DNA of 64,000 bases from Lama glama. Taxonomy: Eukaryota. A program made the translations under genes and the position numbers. Under the pieces are notes generated by a model. The model ran no database searches and was not told the DNA's origin. It saw only the letters and a program-made list of their open reading frames with translations. The stretch is from contig CM052817.1 in the NCBI GenBank assembly GCA_028534125.1, positions 103,790,001 to 103,854,000 of the forward strand. The letters run 5' to 3'. This document shows positions 1-12,999 of this stretch, in pieces. Each line of letters starts with the position of its first letter. The stretch's first letter is position 1.

Positions 1-146
1 AGGCAGTCGGCTGGCAGAATCCCTCTGTCAAAGAGAGGCCAATCTTTGTTCTATTAAGGCCTTCAACTGATTGAATGAAGCCCACCCACCTTGTGGAGAA
101 CAATCTGCTTTCCTTAAAGTTCACTGATTAAAATGTTACTCTCATC

Positions 147-177
<31 letters not shown>

Positions 178-256
178 CAAAAACCTTCACAGAAACATAC
201 AGAATAATGTTTGACCAAATATCTGAGCACCACAGCACATAAAATTAACCATCACA
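1..256 (-). mobile_element. MLT2-like ERVL LTR, truncated by window edge
   Basis: Ends in aaaattaaccatcaca, the reverse complement of the MLT2 start tgtgatggttaatttt; also contains the typical ggccttcaactgattgaatgaagcccacccac block. Confidence 0.8.
147..183. repeat. (AAAAC)n microsatellite inside the MLT2 LTR
   Basis: Direct reading of the sequence. Confidence 0.95.
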
Positions 257-269
257 CCATCTCAAAAGA

Positions 270-360
270 ATATTCTGAGTATTAAATAATTTAAAACAGG
301 TAAAGCACTTAGGACATTGTCTGACACATAACATTCTTTGAATGTTAACTCTTATTGTTG
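270..360 (+). mobile_element. MIR 3' fragment
   Basis: gtaaagcacttaggacattgtctgacacata...aatgttaactcttatt resembles the MIR tail. Confidence 0.6.
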
Positions 361-1949
361 TTGTTATTAATATGTAGTTACTTTGCTAGAATGGTATTAA
401 AAATGACTACTGTTTTATAGCTTGTATGAGAAATGCTTCTATTGTTTGAATGATAAGAGACATTTTAAGTGATCATGGAAAACAGCAAACATGACTTAGA
501 TAAGAACTTCCTGGTAAACTGTCGGATGTTCTCATTCACATTGAACCTTTGCAAAGAGAAATACATTTGTGTACCTATCCCAAGGCAAATACACTGGGGG
601 AAAATGTCTTTTACGCTTTTTTCCTTGGCACTTTTAGAGATACAACCCTTTCCTTTCCAGTGGTAGAAAAGGCTCCAGTCCTCAAATCTGATCAGGACAA
701 GTGGCTTACTTCCTTTTAAAGTTAGGGTTTGCTTTTTTCCCTTCTTTTGCTGCTGGTGGGAAATCTGTATAAAATAAAGGCCCATTTCATAAAATCTTAT
801 GCAGCAGTGCAGTTACATTATTCACACTTAGTCCAAATACAGAAGTTCATTACAAGCAGAGAAGTTTTGAAAGATATGCGGCTCGCAGGAGGATTTGGCC
901 TCCCACCAAGGCAATGATTCATGAGTGCGCAAGGTTAGGGACTCGCCTTCCTTCTCTGCTCCTGTTGCGTTGTAGGGTTTTTACTGCCTGGCTTGCAGAT
1001 CCAACAACGCAAGCCCACAGTTCAGAGATCAGCAGTTTCCTGCTCTGACAGTGATGATGGTCTCCCTTTCTTCTTTGCTTGTGACTTCTGTCAAAGCTTT
1101 TCTAGTTTTTTTTTTTTTTAATCACCGTGTGTGAGGAACTCTCTACTCAGATCCCTTAATAAATTATGGCTTTTCTCAAACCACTTTTCTAACTTCCCAT
1201 GTAGTGCAAGATGATTTGAAATGACTGTCTTTTATTTTGAACACCCTTGGCTTTTACGATTTTTTTTTTCCCCTCAGTCTTTGAACTGCTTATTTCCCCC
1301 TCGCGGCACACGGGAGTTCATTCCACGGGCAGACAGTTTTGCTGCTTCTGGTATGAGAAATCATTGCTCTGTGGCTTCTCTTCTGTCCTCTGTTCTTTGT
1401 CTTTCAGCTTTATTAATAGCTAATCTCATAAAGGGCTCTGCTCACACAGCAGCTGTAATGGTCCTGAGGCAGGGCTGGTGTAACGCACCCGCCGGAGTGG
1501 AAGGTATGGCAGCTGGATAGCTGCTCAATTTGGCAAATTGAGAAAATGCAGTGCTTGGGGTGCCCTTGGCCCTCCTCTTGGGTGCCCACCCCTCCAACTC
1601 TTGAAGCTGGCTCCTCCCTTTTCCATTCCCCAGCCCCTTCTCTTCCTCTGCTTCAGGATTCTTCTCTCTCTGAGAAGCTAATGCTCATTCGGGAGTTAAG
1701 GATCTCACATTACCTCTTCATTTCCATCATATATGAAGGCGGTACTAAGACAGCAATATTCAACCCAAAGAAATAGGACTCGAGTATTCAGGCTCCTGGG
1801 ATGGATACGTGTCCTTTCAACCATATTATGTAGGCAATGACAGACTCTATTTGTCTGAGGGTCTTTAAAGAGGGTCTCGCTATGAAATAGATCATCCTGG
1901 AGCCCTGATAAGCACACTGAATACTGAATGTAAAGGAGGCTCCCAATTT

Positions 1950-2400
1950 CCCACTCCGATCCCCGTGCTGTGCTGGTGTAGTCACCCCCCCAGTTGCTTA
2001 CAGTGTTAGCTGCTAAGTTCCACAGCTGTATTCTTCTCAAGAGAATTCCCATCCAGCAATTGAAGGCTCCTAGCCTGAAAATTTCTAGGCAGTTATTCCC
2101 TCCTCTGTGGGCTCTGGACAGCCCACAGCCATGGCCAATGGTTGACTGATACCCAATACAAAATCCCAGCCACTTATGTAAAACTGGAACTACTATGGGT
2201 CACCATTCAGGCTCCCAAACTCCTCATGGGCTCAGCCTGAAGCTACTTTCAGCTGAACCTACATCTTGGCTGAGTGTCTACCTAACCCTCCGCTGTTTCC
2301 TTCACCTCCACCTGAGGGAGTTGTCCTGAGAGCACTGCCTCAGCATCACGTGCACAAGATCACACCCTTAGGCTCTGCTTTTAGGGGACATGACTGAGCA
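1950..2400 (+). mobile_element. LTR16-like ERVL LTR
   Basis: cagccatggccaatggttgactgat core and 3' end ctgagagcactgcctc...aggctctgcttttaggggacatgactgagca are typical of LTR16. Confidence 0.65.
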
Positions 2401-3761
2401 TATGATTAGGGAACCTGCAAAGCATGGCACCTGAAAGAGACGAGAAACCTTTTTTTTGGAGAAAGAATTTGATATTTCAAATTTTAGAATATAACATTGC
2501 AGCACTCACCATGGAGAAATCAGAATGTTGTCTTCTGTTTTAGAGTTCTGTATTGTTTTTCTTTCAAATCACACCAAGCAGCGCACCTCATCTCTTGACT
2601 GCCTAGTTAGCCTGCATGTCTTAATCAAGCATAGTAGGAAAGGGCATTTCTTGCACACTTCTATTTGTTTTCCATTCATTCAAAACTGCATGCCTCTGTG
2701 GATTCACGAAAGCAAAAACATACACAAATTGTGCAATTCACACATTTAACCATGTGCAATGCTCACAACTACAAATCACTCTTGCAAAAACTGTGCATCA
2801 GTGACTTGCTTGGTGGTGATACCTACTGTCGGGATTTTGCACTTGGCCACTCGAGGAGCAAATTCTGGTCCAGAAAAATGCGAAAGTCTCTACAATTTTC
2901 TGTGTATCTGAGGTCAGACCACTTCCAGAACCTAGTCAGAACTGTGGGCTTGTTTTGCTAGGCATCCTGTCTGGAAACCTATGTCAACAACAGAGAAAGT
3001 CAAAGAGTTTAGCCTCAGTGGCAGCAGACTTCTGGTTGACCACAGCACTGTTCAAATTTAGATGATCCTCGTATTAGATGGCCCATATCCCTTCAGCTAT
3101 TTCAGCCCAGAGCCATGTCTCTCTTTGCTCACATCTCACACTTAAGGCAGCTAGATTCACCTATGCAAGGCACACCCTATCATAAGATGGACACCTTCCT
3201 TGTTCTCATTCTGCATCTTTATGACTCTGCCCTGATGGAATGGTTTTACACCCCATCTCTGATCTGTCCCTAGATCTTCTCATTTGACCTTGTTATCTGG
3301 ATTCACTTAGTTGATTCCCTGCTCCTCCTTTACTTACCCCTCTTCCCTGCCTCCTCACAGGAGTTCCTGCAGATGGATAATCCACTTGGCTGTCTTCCAG
3401 GATAAGTGCACCAGCCCTGGTTCACTCCTCAGGCATCACACTGCCTCATAATGTCTTAGAAAATGCCCTCAATGGATCCCTTATGATAGAATAAACAAAC
3501 AGAACACAAAGTAAGCCACCAAATGGAAAGTGGGTTAAACCCGTAAATTCTACCATCTTTGCTCCAAGTACTGTGAGATCCCAGTTGAGAGAAAGGTGAG
3601 CTGATTTCTTGAAACTTTCCATTGACCTCATCTGGTCAACCAGGGTTTCTCCCTAGGGGAATGCCAGCTTACAAAACTCCCCATCCATGTTGCAATTACT
3701 AGAGTTCTGGGAACAGGGTCCACACTCTTTTCCTATTATGACTACATCTACTGCTAATTAT

Positions 3762-3910
3762 CTTTTTTTTTAATTGAAGTATATTCAGTATTGAATGTTG
3801 TATTAATTTTTGGTGTACAGCATAGTGATTCAGTTATACATGTATATATATACACATACATGTGTATATATATATATATACACACACATATATATTCCTT
3901 CTCATATTCT
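3762..3910 (-). mobile_element. Short L1 3' end (artiodactyl type) with (TA/CA)n tract
   Basis: Poly-T then aattgaagtat...ggtgtacagcatagtgattcagttatacat; inserted at the tail of a MIR. Confidence 0.8.
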
Positions 3911-4120
3911 TTATTGCACACCCACTAAGTGACATAAACTGTGCCAGAGGCTTTCAGAGTCATCATTTTTAATCCTCATTGCTGTGTGCAGGGTAGGTAT
4001 TATCTCCATCCTTCCACTGTGGGATGAATGAAGTCGTGGTTTAGAGAGGTTGAGGTCAGACATTAAGTGACAAACCTGGAAATAAACCCGCCTGTGTCTG
4101 AGTTCCAAGCCCATGTGCTA
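3911..4120 (-). mobile_element. MIR SINE
   Basis: tttaatcctcattg...gtaggtattatctccatc...tttagagaggttgagg...gtctgagttccaagcccatgtgct. Confidence 0.75.
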
Positions 4121-4188
4121 TTATCTCCCTTTTTGTTGTCCTCCAGCTACTCCCCTGAGCCCGGCAACTATCCATTTGCAGAGCCCAT

Positions 4189-4702
4189 TGTATTAGGATC
4201 TATTGCTGCATAAGAAGCTCTTAGTGATTGAAAACAACACACGTCTGTTATCCTACAGTTTCCGTGGTTCATGGGTCTGGCCATGATTAGCTGGCTCCTT
4301 GGCTCAAGGACTTAAAGCCTGCTGTCAAAGTGTTAGCTGGGTCTCCTTTCTTTCTGGAGCTTTGTATTCTCTTTCAATGGTTAGCAAAACTCATTTCCTT
4401 GCACCTGCATGGCTGAGAGCCCTGGCTTCTAACCGCTGTTGTCTGGGGCTCACCTTCACATCCTAAAGGCCTCCCCTTTTCTGTCCCAAGGGCAGCAGGA
4501 GGGCTCTCTGCCTCCAGTGAGCTCTAATGGAGCCTTATAAAAGTAACCTAATCAAAGGCGTGACAGCCCACACCTTTGCCACATTCTGTTGGTTAGAAGC
4601 AAGTCACAAGTCCCGCCCACATTCAAGGGGAGGGGCTCCTACCAGGAGTGGATTACTGGGGGGGGGTCACATGAGGGGTTTCTGCCAGACTCCCTTGCCA
4701 CA
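4189..4702 (-). mobile_element. MLT1 (MaLR) LTR
   Basis: tgtattaggatctattgctgcataa start; ttgccacattctgttggttagaagcaagtcac...cccacattcaagggg motif. Confidence 0.8.
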
Positions 4703-4946
4703 GTTCTCCCAGAGCTGCCGGTGAAGGTTAGCAAAGCACGGCCCAGAGCCCAAGGGATGAGGTTCTGGCTGCAGCTGCTGGTCCCACTGCCATTTTCCTC
4801 CCCCAGTTAAGTGGGGAGAATATCATTTATCTTCTTTGCTGGGGCAGGGTGACAATTTGGTCACACAATGCTTTGATACCACGATGAAAGGTTCTTTACA
4901 AAGCTAAAGTACATTTTTTCCCCTAAAAGAAAAATAGAAGCCATCT

Positions 4947-4960
4947 GTTGCTAAGGAAAC
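4947..4960. promoter_or_regulatory. Candidate RFX X-box
   Basis: GTTGCTAAGGAAAC fits the RFX palindrome GTTRCYnnRGHAAC and lies in unique sequence. Binding is untested. Confidence 0.55.
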
Positions 4961-5519
4961 CACAACCTTTCCTTGTGCTTATTTAGAAAAGAGACACATT
5001 CAAGAGTCTTCACTGCAGGAACAGAGACTGTGTTTTATGTTGATGGGAATAAACAAAGAAAAAATTATTCCACTCAATTAAAAAAGATCCATTATCTTGG
5101 GTCTTACGGAAAATACTTTATTCTCAGGGGTTCAATTCAAAGTTCACCCCTTTTTTCTCTTACTATTTTTGTCTTGTTTGCATGTGAAACTTCCTTTGAA
5201 GTCCGCAGAACCTTTGGGTCTGGGCAAAACAAGGGAAGCTGAAGGGATCCTGGGCAAACCAGCAAAAACCCGTTCCAGAATGGCCTGGCGAAAAAGCTCA
5301 GGGGCTCTGCACACCACCCCCTCAATCCATCTACCACGTCCATTCTAAGCCTGGGCACTAAGTCAAAAAGAGTCTCTGACCATTGTTTAAGTAATCACTC
5401 TTAGTACATCATCACACTCCTCGTATTACTAGTAAACTATTACACTCTTGTTTTATTTTCTGGTGTCTGGAATTTGAGCTAAGCCCTGCCCTCACAGACC
5501 TTAGACCCAAGGCATTGCC

Positions 5520-5872
5520 TTTGGGGCAGGCGGGGGCCGCGTCCACCATCCCGACCCAGCAGAGCTACTAGTTAGTGGTTTCCTGGGGATAATTTACTTG
5601 TAACGTGTGGAGGAGAGGCAGGAGGGGGAAGGAGGAGCTAGTAACGAGAGCGTTCTGACCTACAGAAATACTGTCCCGTAACAATGGTGTGTATCTGGCA
5701 ACATGCACCTGCTCAGCCTCCCTTACAGCCAAAAATGAAGAGAAAAGACATCTGAAAAGTGGAGATATTTGGATTGGCCTCGTGTGTATTTACACGAGTG
5801 GTTCTTCTGCTGTTGATTGTTATGGGAAAAATATCCCCAAGTGGATTTTATGTCTTCTGTCCCTAGGTGAGT
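5520..5872 (+). promoter_or_regulatory. Candidate non-island promoter / first exon ending at a consensus splice donor
   Basis: GC-box-like aggcgggggccgc at about 5528, local CpG retention, RFX half-sites (ctagtaac 5638, ctggcaac 5695), and AG|GTGAGT at 5866/5867. Confidence 0.35.
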
Positions 5873-7749
5873 GAGGTGCTGTGTGCTATTGAAGGTTGCC
5901 CTCACCTAGTCTTTCAAAAGGACCACATCCTCAAGGGGCTGGGGAGGGGGGTGTGGACTCAGGAGACAAGCCATCCAAAAATGCATCTGCCAGGCAAGCA
6001 GAGCATGGTGGAGGGTTAGCTGCAATTGAAATGTACACAGTTGACTGATAGCGGAACCATTGTTTTATTCCTTCTGTTTGTCTCAGACGTCCTTTTCATA
6101 TATATCTTTGCTCTGTGAGTCCAGGCCTGGACGTTATTTTATTCATTAATTCAAGCTGCTAAGTTCTCTCTTGGAAAACCTCTCAAGTGATTACAACCAT
6201 GGTTTACACTAAGAATCAAAAACAATAGAAATAAATGTGGAATAAAAAGTTCATTCTTTAGTTCAACATCAGAGTTAACCGTAACTTTTCAATCAGTGGT
6301 TTGGGTCATTATTTTGCCGTAGTCATTTGTATCATACTAAGAAAGAACTACATGAACTAGTTTCCTAATTATCAATAGGGTTTAAGTTCATAACTTTTGA
6401 GAGGGGAAAAGCAACCATTTTGAACTCTGCATCTGCCCACAGAGGACACATTACATGAGGCCAGATGTGTGAATTACTGGAAATTATACGGAATATTTTT
6501 TCTAGAGACTATAAGGAGAAAGTTTTCAAAAAGCAAATATGCCATGGTATTCCCTAATTTTCAATATTATTATACTAATAATTAAAGAATCAAACATTTT
6601 GGTTAGAGGCTAGGAGTGAAAATGCTAATACAATTATAATATATAGTATGTATAATACATACTCATAAATAAAATATAAATATATACTTATAGTATATAA
6701 TATATATGTTCCATACTGTAATATATAGGGCAGCACAATATGTTGCTAGTAGCACTAGATATACTGTTGGTATTAGATAGTAAAAGAAAAAAATAAAGGA
6801 ATCCAGTCAGTTGACAGGGCTGCCTACCAGTAAGACAGCTGTTTCTAAGCTCTTCTTCAAAAGTGAACTTCACAGGCTACTCAAAAAATAAAAAAGCTAA
6901 CTATATTCTGTGTCGCAGATTTCCAAGTTGCTGAGAGATAAAAAGCATCAAGAAAATAAATGAATTAAGCAAGGAAAGTAAGAATAACTGCAAACACTTA
7001 GCCTCTTCTGCCTCAATAAAACAGAGTAGAGTGGTTGACAGTGGCAAATTCACCAACCAAGTGTATTTATAGATAGCCCATCTATTTGCTATTTCAGATT
7101 GATTCACAGTCTACCTAACACCCAGGGGGAGGTCATTTCATAAACAGGAAAAGAGAATTAAAGATTAAATATATTTCTAGAAAACAATTCAAGAAAAAAA
7201 TTGCTGAGTTTGAGAAAAACATATCTTTCAACATCAAATTAAGCCTTATTCCAGACTGCACACAAATGTTTTTCTTCTTTTAAAAAACTGTTGGAAATTG
7301 AAATAATCATAAGATTATTTTGGAAGTCATTTAATTACCTTGGATCAGATATCCAGCCATGGATTTGGTCTGCATGGTCACAGATTATAGGACTTGGAAA
7401 TAAGATTCAGCAATCAAGGTTCTTAGCCAGTCAGTTCTAAATGTCATGTCCTTTCCCAAACTTCTCCATATACTCTGCTGCCTGTGAAGTTGTCCTGAAA
7501 ATATTTTCAATAGAAATTGACAGTTGAAATGGTGGAGGTTTCAAATATGTGATTAGAGGATCTCCTAATCTTTCTTATCAGCCGGATAATTTTCTGTGAC
7601 TTGACACTAAGCAGTGGAGTGGTGTAATTACAGATTCATTGACTCCACCTTGTTTTGCTCTGTGGAAGATGGGCAGCGATGACACCAGATTTGTAGTTTT
7701 CAAATCCCACACTTACCGTGCATAAATACAAATGCAGATACAGTATTTT

Positions 7750-7900
7750 ATAGTTGGGAGGGACCTGAGCAATCAACAAATGATAGATCTGAGAGCCAGA
7801 GAGGTTCAAGTGATATGCCTAAAGTCACGAAGACAGATAGTGTGGGAGCTCAGACCAAAGTGAAGATTTCCTGGTTCTTAGCCCAAGGCATTCACAGCAG
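7750..7900 (-). mobile_element. MIR/MIR3 fragment
   Basis: ctgagagccagagaggttcaagtgatatgcctaaagtcac core. Confidence 0.65.
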
Positions 7901-9257
7901 TACTGAGGCATCAGAATTTCTTTTGATTGTATGGAGTAAATATAAAAATATTACAGTGTGGTTTTCAGAATTCTTTGTGGACTTCCATGAGACTTGTTTT
8001 CCAAATGATTTTGGAAGCTTAAGTGAGCACCTGCTGCTTTTAGATACACGAAAACATTTTTTATTCTTTATAAATTTTCATTGCTTCCATTTTAAGTGTC
8101 AAACAACAGTACATAAGCTGTCAGTATCTCCGTTTAAAAAAAAACACAGAAGTGGTTTAGAACGTCTTATTAGGGAAGTGATGAGATGGATTAGGGCCAT
8201 CTTGGATGTAGCTCTATCTCCACTTGGATGTAACTGGTCACTAATTTCTAGTCTTTCTTCTAAATGCTCTATACAGAGACAACAAGAAGATTAAAGAGTG
8301 ATTTAAACATTTATAATTAAGGTTAGTATATTTAGAATGAAACAAGTAATGCATTGGGTAGAATTTTGGCCTTTTCAGTGAATTGCTTTAATTTAAGTGC
8401 TGGTGTCAGTAGGTTGTATGTTTGTTTTCACCTCACAAGTTTTCTTTTTTATTTACACATAATGATGTGAATTTTAAATGTACTTAAAAGCATTTGCAAA
8501 TGTACAACAGTTATGTTATAACACATTGTCTCTTGAAACTTAGTGGGTAAGTGCTAATAGCAAGGGTTCTACCCTGTATTTTGTCTGGGATCACAAATGT
8601 GTTATTTGATAGAACTTGAGTTCAAATTTGCCTTGTCAGATAGACTGTGGTAAATGTAGCTCATGGAAATCATTAGCTGGAAGCGATACTGGGTGGAACC
8701 ACTAGATGCCACAGAAGAGTCTAAGTTATACTTCGCGTTCTCAATGAAGAGCAGGTTTTATAGGAACCACTTATTGGGAACCAGAGTTTGGCCTTGGCAT
8801 CCTCAAGTTGTGCTGCAAATCTCAGCTGCTGTCTGACTAAAACTTGCCATTTTTAGTGCTTGCATGCCTGGTAACCATGAATCCATACTTACTGTTTAAC
8901 ATGATTCTGAGTGCAGTCAGGTGCATGATGGCTGAAGTCATACATTATCAAGGAAGTGGACTTGCCAAAGTCAGTGGTTTGGAAATCTTCAAAGCTCCAA
9001 GTACTCTGCTCAAATGTCAATTAAAACTTTTTTTTCCTGTCACTTTCCAATCATTTCTATGATGCAATATTTTTGAGGTTTTTCAATCTAGATTTGTTTT
9101 TTTTAATAAGATTTGGTGGGCCATTTTACTCTCAATTCTGTCACCTTGATGTTGTCACATGGTTCAATACAATAAGAATACACCCGGACCTTGAAATTAG
9201 GTACCTATCTCTTCACTCAGGTGAAGAGCAATTCTGCCCATTTACTTTTGTAATGTG

Positions 9258-9482
9258 TAGAGATTGGTAAACTTTTTCCATTAAGGGCTAGATAGTAAAT
9301 ATTTTAGCCTTTGCAGACCTTGGGATCTCTGCAACAACTATTCAGCTCTGCTCTTATAATGTAAAAGTAGCCACAGACAGTAGGTAAATGAACGAGCACG
9401 GCTGTACTCCAGTTTAACACTATTTACAAAATCAAGTAGTGGGCTGGATTTGGCCCAAGAGCCATAGTTAGCCAAAGTCTAG
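9258..9482. mobile_element. MER58A-like hAT-Charlie MITE
   Basis: ttggtaaactttttcc...gatagtaaatattttagc...gggctggatttggccc...ccatagttagccaa; about 225 bp with degenerate terminal inverted repeats. Confidence 0.85.
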
Positions 9483-10409
9483 ATTAAAGTATCTGGAGTG
9501 AGAAAAACTCTTTAAAAAACTCCCTAAGCCTTAAAACAGTATTTGCTAAATTCCTGGGAGGAGGATTCCATAGACTGAGTTTTGCAAAAACAGTTATTTG
9601 TAAATGTGTTTCAAATCATGGGATATGTGAAGATATATTAAGATTAGTTGATGGGAAGTAAAAAAAAATCTATTACTCTCTTCATTTAATAAATTATAAG
9701 GGAGTCTAAGGAGTATCTCTTGCAGAAATTATAAAATAAATGTAACTTATTTGTCAATGCCAAAAGCTAGAAGTGATCAATTTAGATCATTACAGTTTGG
9801 AAGTCAACTAAATAGAATGAATTATCCAGCCCGTTAGTTTAAGAATTGGCTAGGATTGTGAGAACTTCCCTAGTTATCGATACTCTCATTTGAATCTTGG
9901 TCAACAAAAGGATAACTTACCATTAGAATTGACCTCTTAGATCTTGAAAAAAAAATAGTAACTCCTATTTTTGAGATATACTGTGTCATCTGAATTTACT
10001 CTTAAGAATTTATACTACTACTGGGTAAATAAACGTTGGCCAACAAAGCTGGTTAAGGAAAACCAGTCAGCCTGAAAAACAAAAAAGACAAAGAACAAAA
10101 AAACAAAAACAAACACACAATCAAAAAACCCTAAAATCAAATGTAGGAAAAGGTTGACATATTCTACATGCTGATTTTATGACTATTTCGTTTGATTTTT
10201 AGTGCTTGTTTAGGGAACAGAGCTTCGAGAGTATTGTTTCTAGCTACACTCTATTTGTGTTTTTGTAACTTACATGACAAGTAGACCGATCAAGGCTAGG
10301 AGGTGTTAAGATTAAGAATGGAGTGGCAGGGTATGATGATAATAAAAGGACCAATACGCTTGACAACTTAAATTTTTATATATGTTCCTTGAAGATCAAT
10401 TGATCATAA

Positions 10410-12488
10410 AAGTGTGCATTCATTTCTGGGCCTTCAATTCTATTCCATTGATCTATATTCCCTATTTTTATGCTGGCACCTTGCTGTTAAGTTACTAAAG
10501 CTTTGTAGTATAGTTTGAAAACAGATAATGTGATGCTTCCAGCTTTGTTCTTTTTGTTCTGAATTGCTTTGACTATTCATAGTCTTCTGTGGTTCCATAT
10601 GAATTTTAGGATTTTTTTTTAATCCAGTAAAATTTTGTTAGGTATTGGAATTTTAATGTGATTACATTGAATCTGCAGATTGCTTGGGGCTTAGTATGGA
10701 CATTTTGACAATATTAAGTCTTCCAATCTATTAACACTGGGTATGTTTGTATTTATTTGTGTCTAATTCAGTTACTTTCATGAATGTTTTATATTTTTCA
10801 GTGTACAGATCTTTCATCTCTTTGGTAAAATCTATTCCTAAGTACTGTATTTGATTTGATTTGATTTGGTCTAATAATCAATTGAGTTGTTTTCTTAATT
10901 TCTTTTTTGGAATGTTCATTTTTAGTCTTTAGAAATACAACTCATCTTTGTATTTTGATTTTGCATCCTGTAACTTTACTAAATTCATTTATTAGTTCTT
11001 ACAGTGTTTTGGTAGAGTTTTTTTGATTTTCTATACATAAGATTATGTCACCCGCAAACAGAGATGATTTTACTACTTCTTTTCTGATTTGGATGCCATT
11101 CTTTTTTGTTTTTTTTTTCCTTGACGTATTGCTCTGGCTATGAATTCCTGAGCTCCTTTGAATAGAAGTGATAAATGTGGGCTTTCTTGTTCCTGATCTT
11201 AGAGGAAAAACATTCAACTTTTCACTATTAAGTATGATGCTAGTTTGGGGCTTTTATGTCGAGGTATGTTCCTTCTATACCCAGTTTGTTGAGATTTTTT
11301 TTATCCTGAAAACTGTTACGTTTTGTTAAATGTCTTCTCCACATCTGTTGGGATGATCATATGACTTTTATCCTTGTGTTGTTCATATGGTGTATCACGT
11401 TGATTCATTCGTAAATATTGAAACATCCTTGCATGCCTGTGATGACTTGGTCATTCTGTATAATCTTTTAAATGTATTGTTGAATTAAGTTTACTAATAT
11501 TTTGTTGAAGTCTTTTGCATCTGTGTTCATCAGGGATATTGGCTTGTAATTTTCTGTTTTTGTAGTGTCTTTATCTGGTTTTGGTATCAGGGTAATGCTG
11601 AGTTTGGAAGTCTTTCTTCCGTTTCAATTTTTGGTATAGTTTGAGAAGGATAGATATTAATTCTTCTTTAAATGTTATTATTTACCTGTGAATGTGGCTG
11701 CTCTTGGACTTTTGTTTATTGGGAGTTTTTTTTTTTATTTCTGATTCAATTTCATTACTAGTGATCAGTCTGTTCAGATTTTCTGTTTCTTTCTGATTCA
11801 GTTTTGAAACATTCTAGGAATGTATCCATTTCTTCTAGACTGTTCAATTTGTTGGCATATAATTGTTTGTAGTAGTCTCTTATGGTCTCTTTCATTTCTA
11901 TGGTGTCAGGTGTAACTTCTCTTTCATTTCTGATTGTATTTATTTTCATCCTTTTTCTTTTTATCTTGAGGAGTCTGACAAAAGGTTTATCTGTTTTTTT
12001 AATCCTTTAAAGAATCAGCTCTCAGTTTCATTGATATCTTCTATTTTTTTAAGCATCAATTTCATCTATTTCTGCCCTGATCTTTATGATTTCTTTCCTT
12101 CTACTATATGTTAGATCTTGTTTGTTCTCCATTTTATAGCTCCTTTAGGTGTAAGATTAGGTTGTTTTTTAGAAATTTTTCTTGTTTCCTGAAGTAGGCT
12201 TGTATTGCTCTAAACTTCCCTCTTAGAACTGCCCTTAGTCTGTCTCATAGATTTTGGATCATTGTATTTCTATTGTCATTTGTCTTAGGGTATTTTTTTT
12301 ATTTCCTCTTTGATTTCTTTGTTGACCCATTGGTTGTTCAGTAACCTATAGGTTATTCTCTACATGTTAATGTTTTTTTCCATTTTTTTCTTATTGATTT
12401 CTAGTTTTATACAGTTATGGTCAGAAAATATGCTTGATATAATTTCAATCTGTTTAAATTTGTTGAGACTTGTTTTGTGACCTAACAT
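10410..12488 (-). mobile_element. L1 ORF2 fragment (EN-end to RT), degenerate
   Basis: Minus-strand ORFs give L1 ORF2 peptides: NTIRNEREVTPDTIEMKETIRDYYKQLYANKL, FPLRSGTR, and SLFAGDIIL (degenerate FADD motif). Confidence 0.95.
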
Positions 12489-12489
12489 T

Positions 12490-12980
12490 ATTAATATTTT
12501 GTTAAGAATTTTTGCATCTATATGAGGACAGTTGGCATTAATTCTTCTTTAAATGTTTGGTTTGATTACTGATTTAATTTTCTTGGTCTGTTCAAATTTT
12601 CCATTACTTCATGATGTAGTAGGTAGGTTGTATGTTTATCCATTTCTTTTAGATTATCCATATATTGAGATACAGTTGTTCTTTCCACTTGCCCTTATTT
12701 CTTTTCTTGGATTGACTCTCCTGCATCTGGACCAGCTGCATTTCTCTTTCTTGGTTTAATCCCTCTTTTGGGGAAAATATAGCCTCCAGTGTCATCTTGG
12801 AAGAGGCAAGGATGAAGTATAAATTTTCTTACCTTGTATGTCTAAAAATGTCTTTATTCTCTCCTTGTCTTAGATTGACTTCTTGGCTTGATAAAGAACT
12901 CAAGGTTGAAAATAATTTCCCCACAGAATTTATTTTCTGTTGTATTTTAGCTTCTGGTACTGCTGTCGAGAAGTTTGGTT
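12490..12980 (-). mobile_element. Older, heavily deleted L1/HAL1-like fragments
   Basis: aagaatttttgcatctatatg and tctaaaaatgtctttattct...ttgaaaataatttcc motifs. Confidence 0.55.
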
Positions 12981-12999
12981 TATCCATTCACCAACTAAT

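Noticed and set aside
7815..8294. 159-aa + strand ORF
   Set aside because: It starts inside a MIR fragment, is AT-rich with no recognisable protein features, and is most likely chance.
8699..8712. CTCF-like CCACTAGATGCCAC
   Set aside because: The mismatch falls on a near-invariant G of the core and there is no other support.
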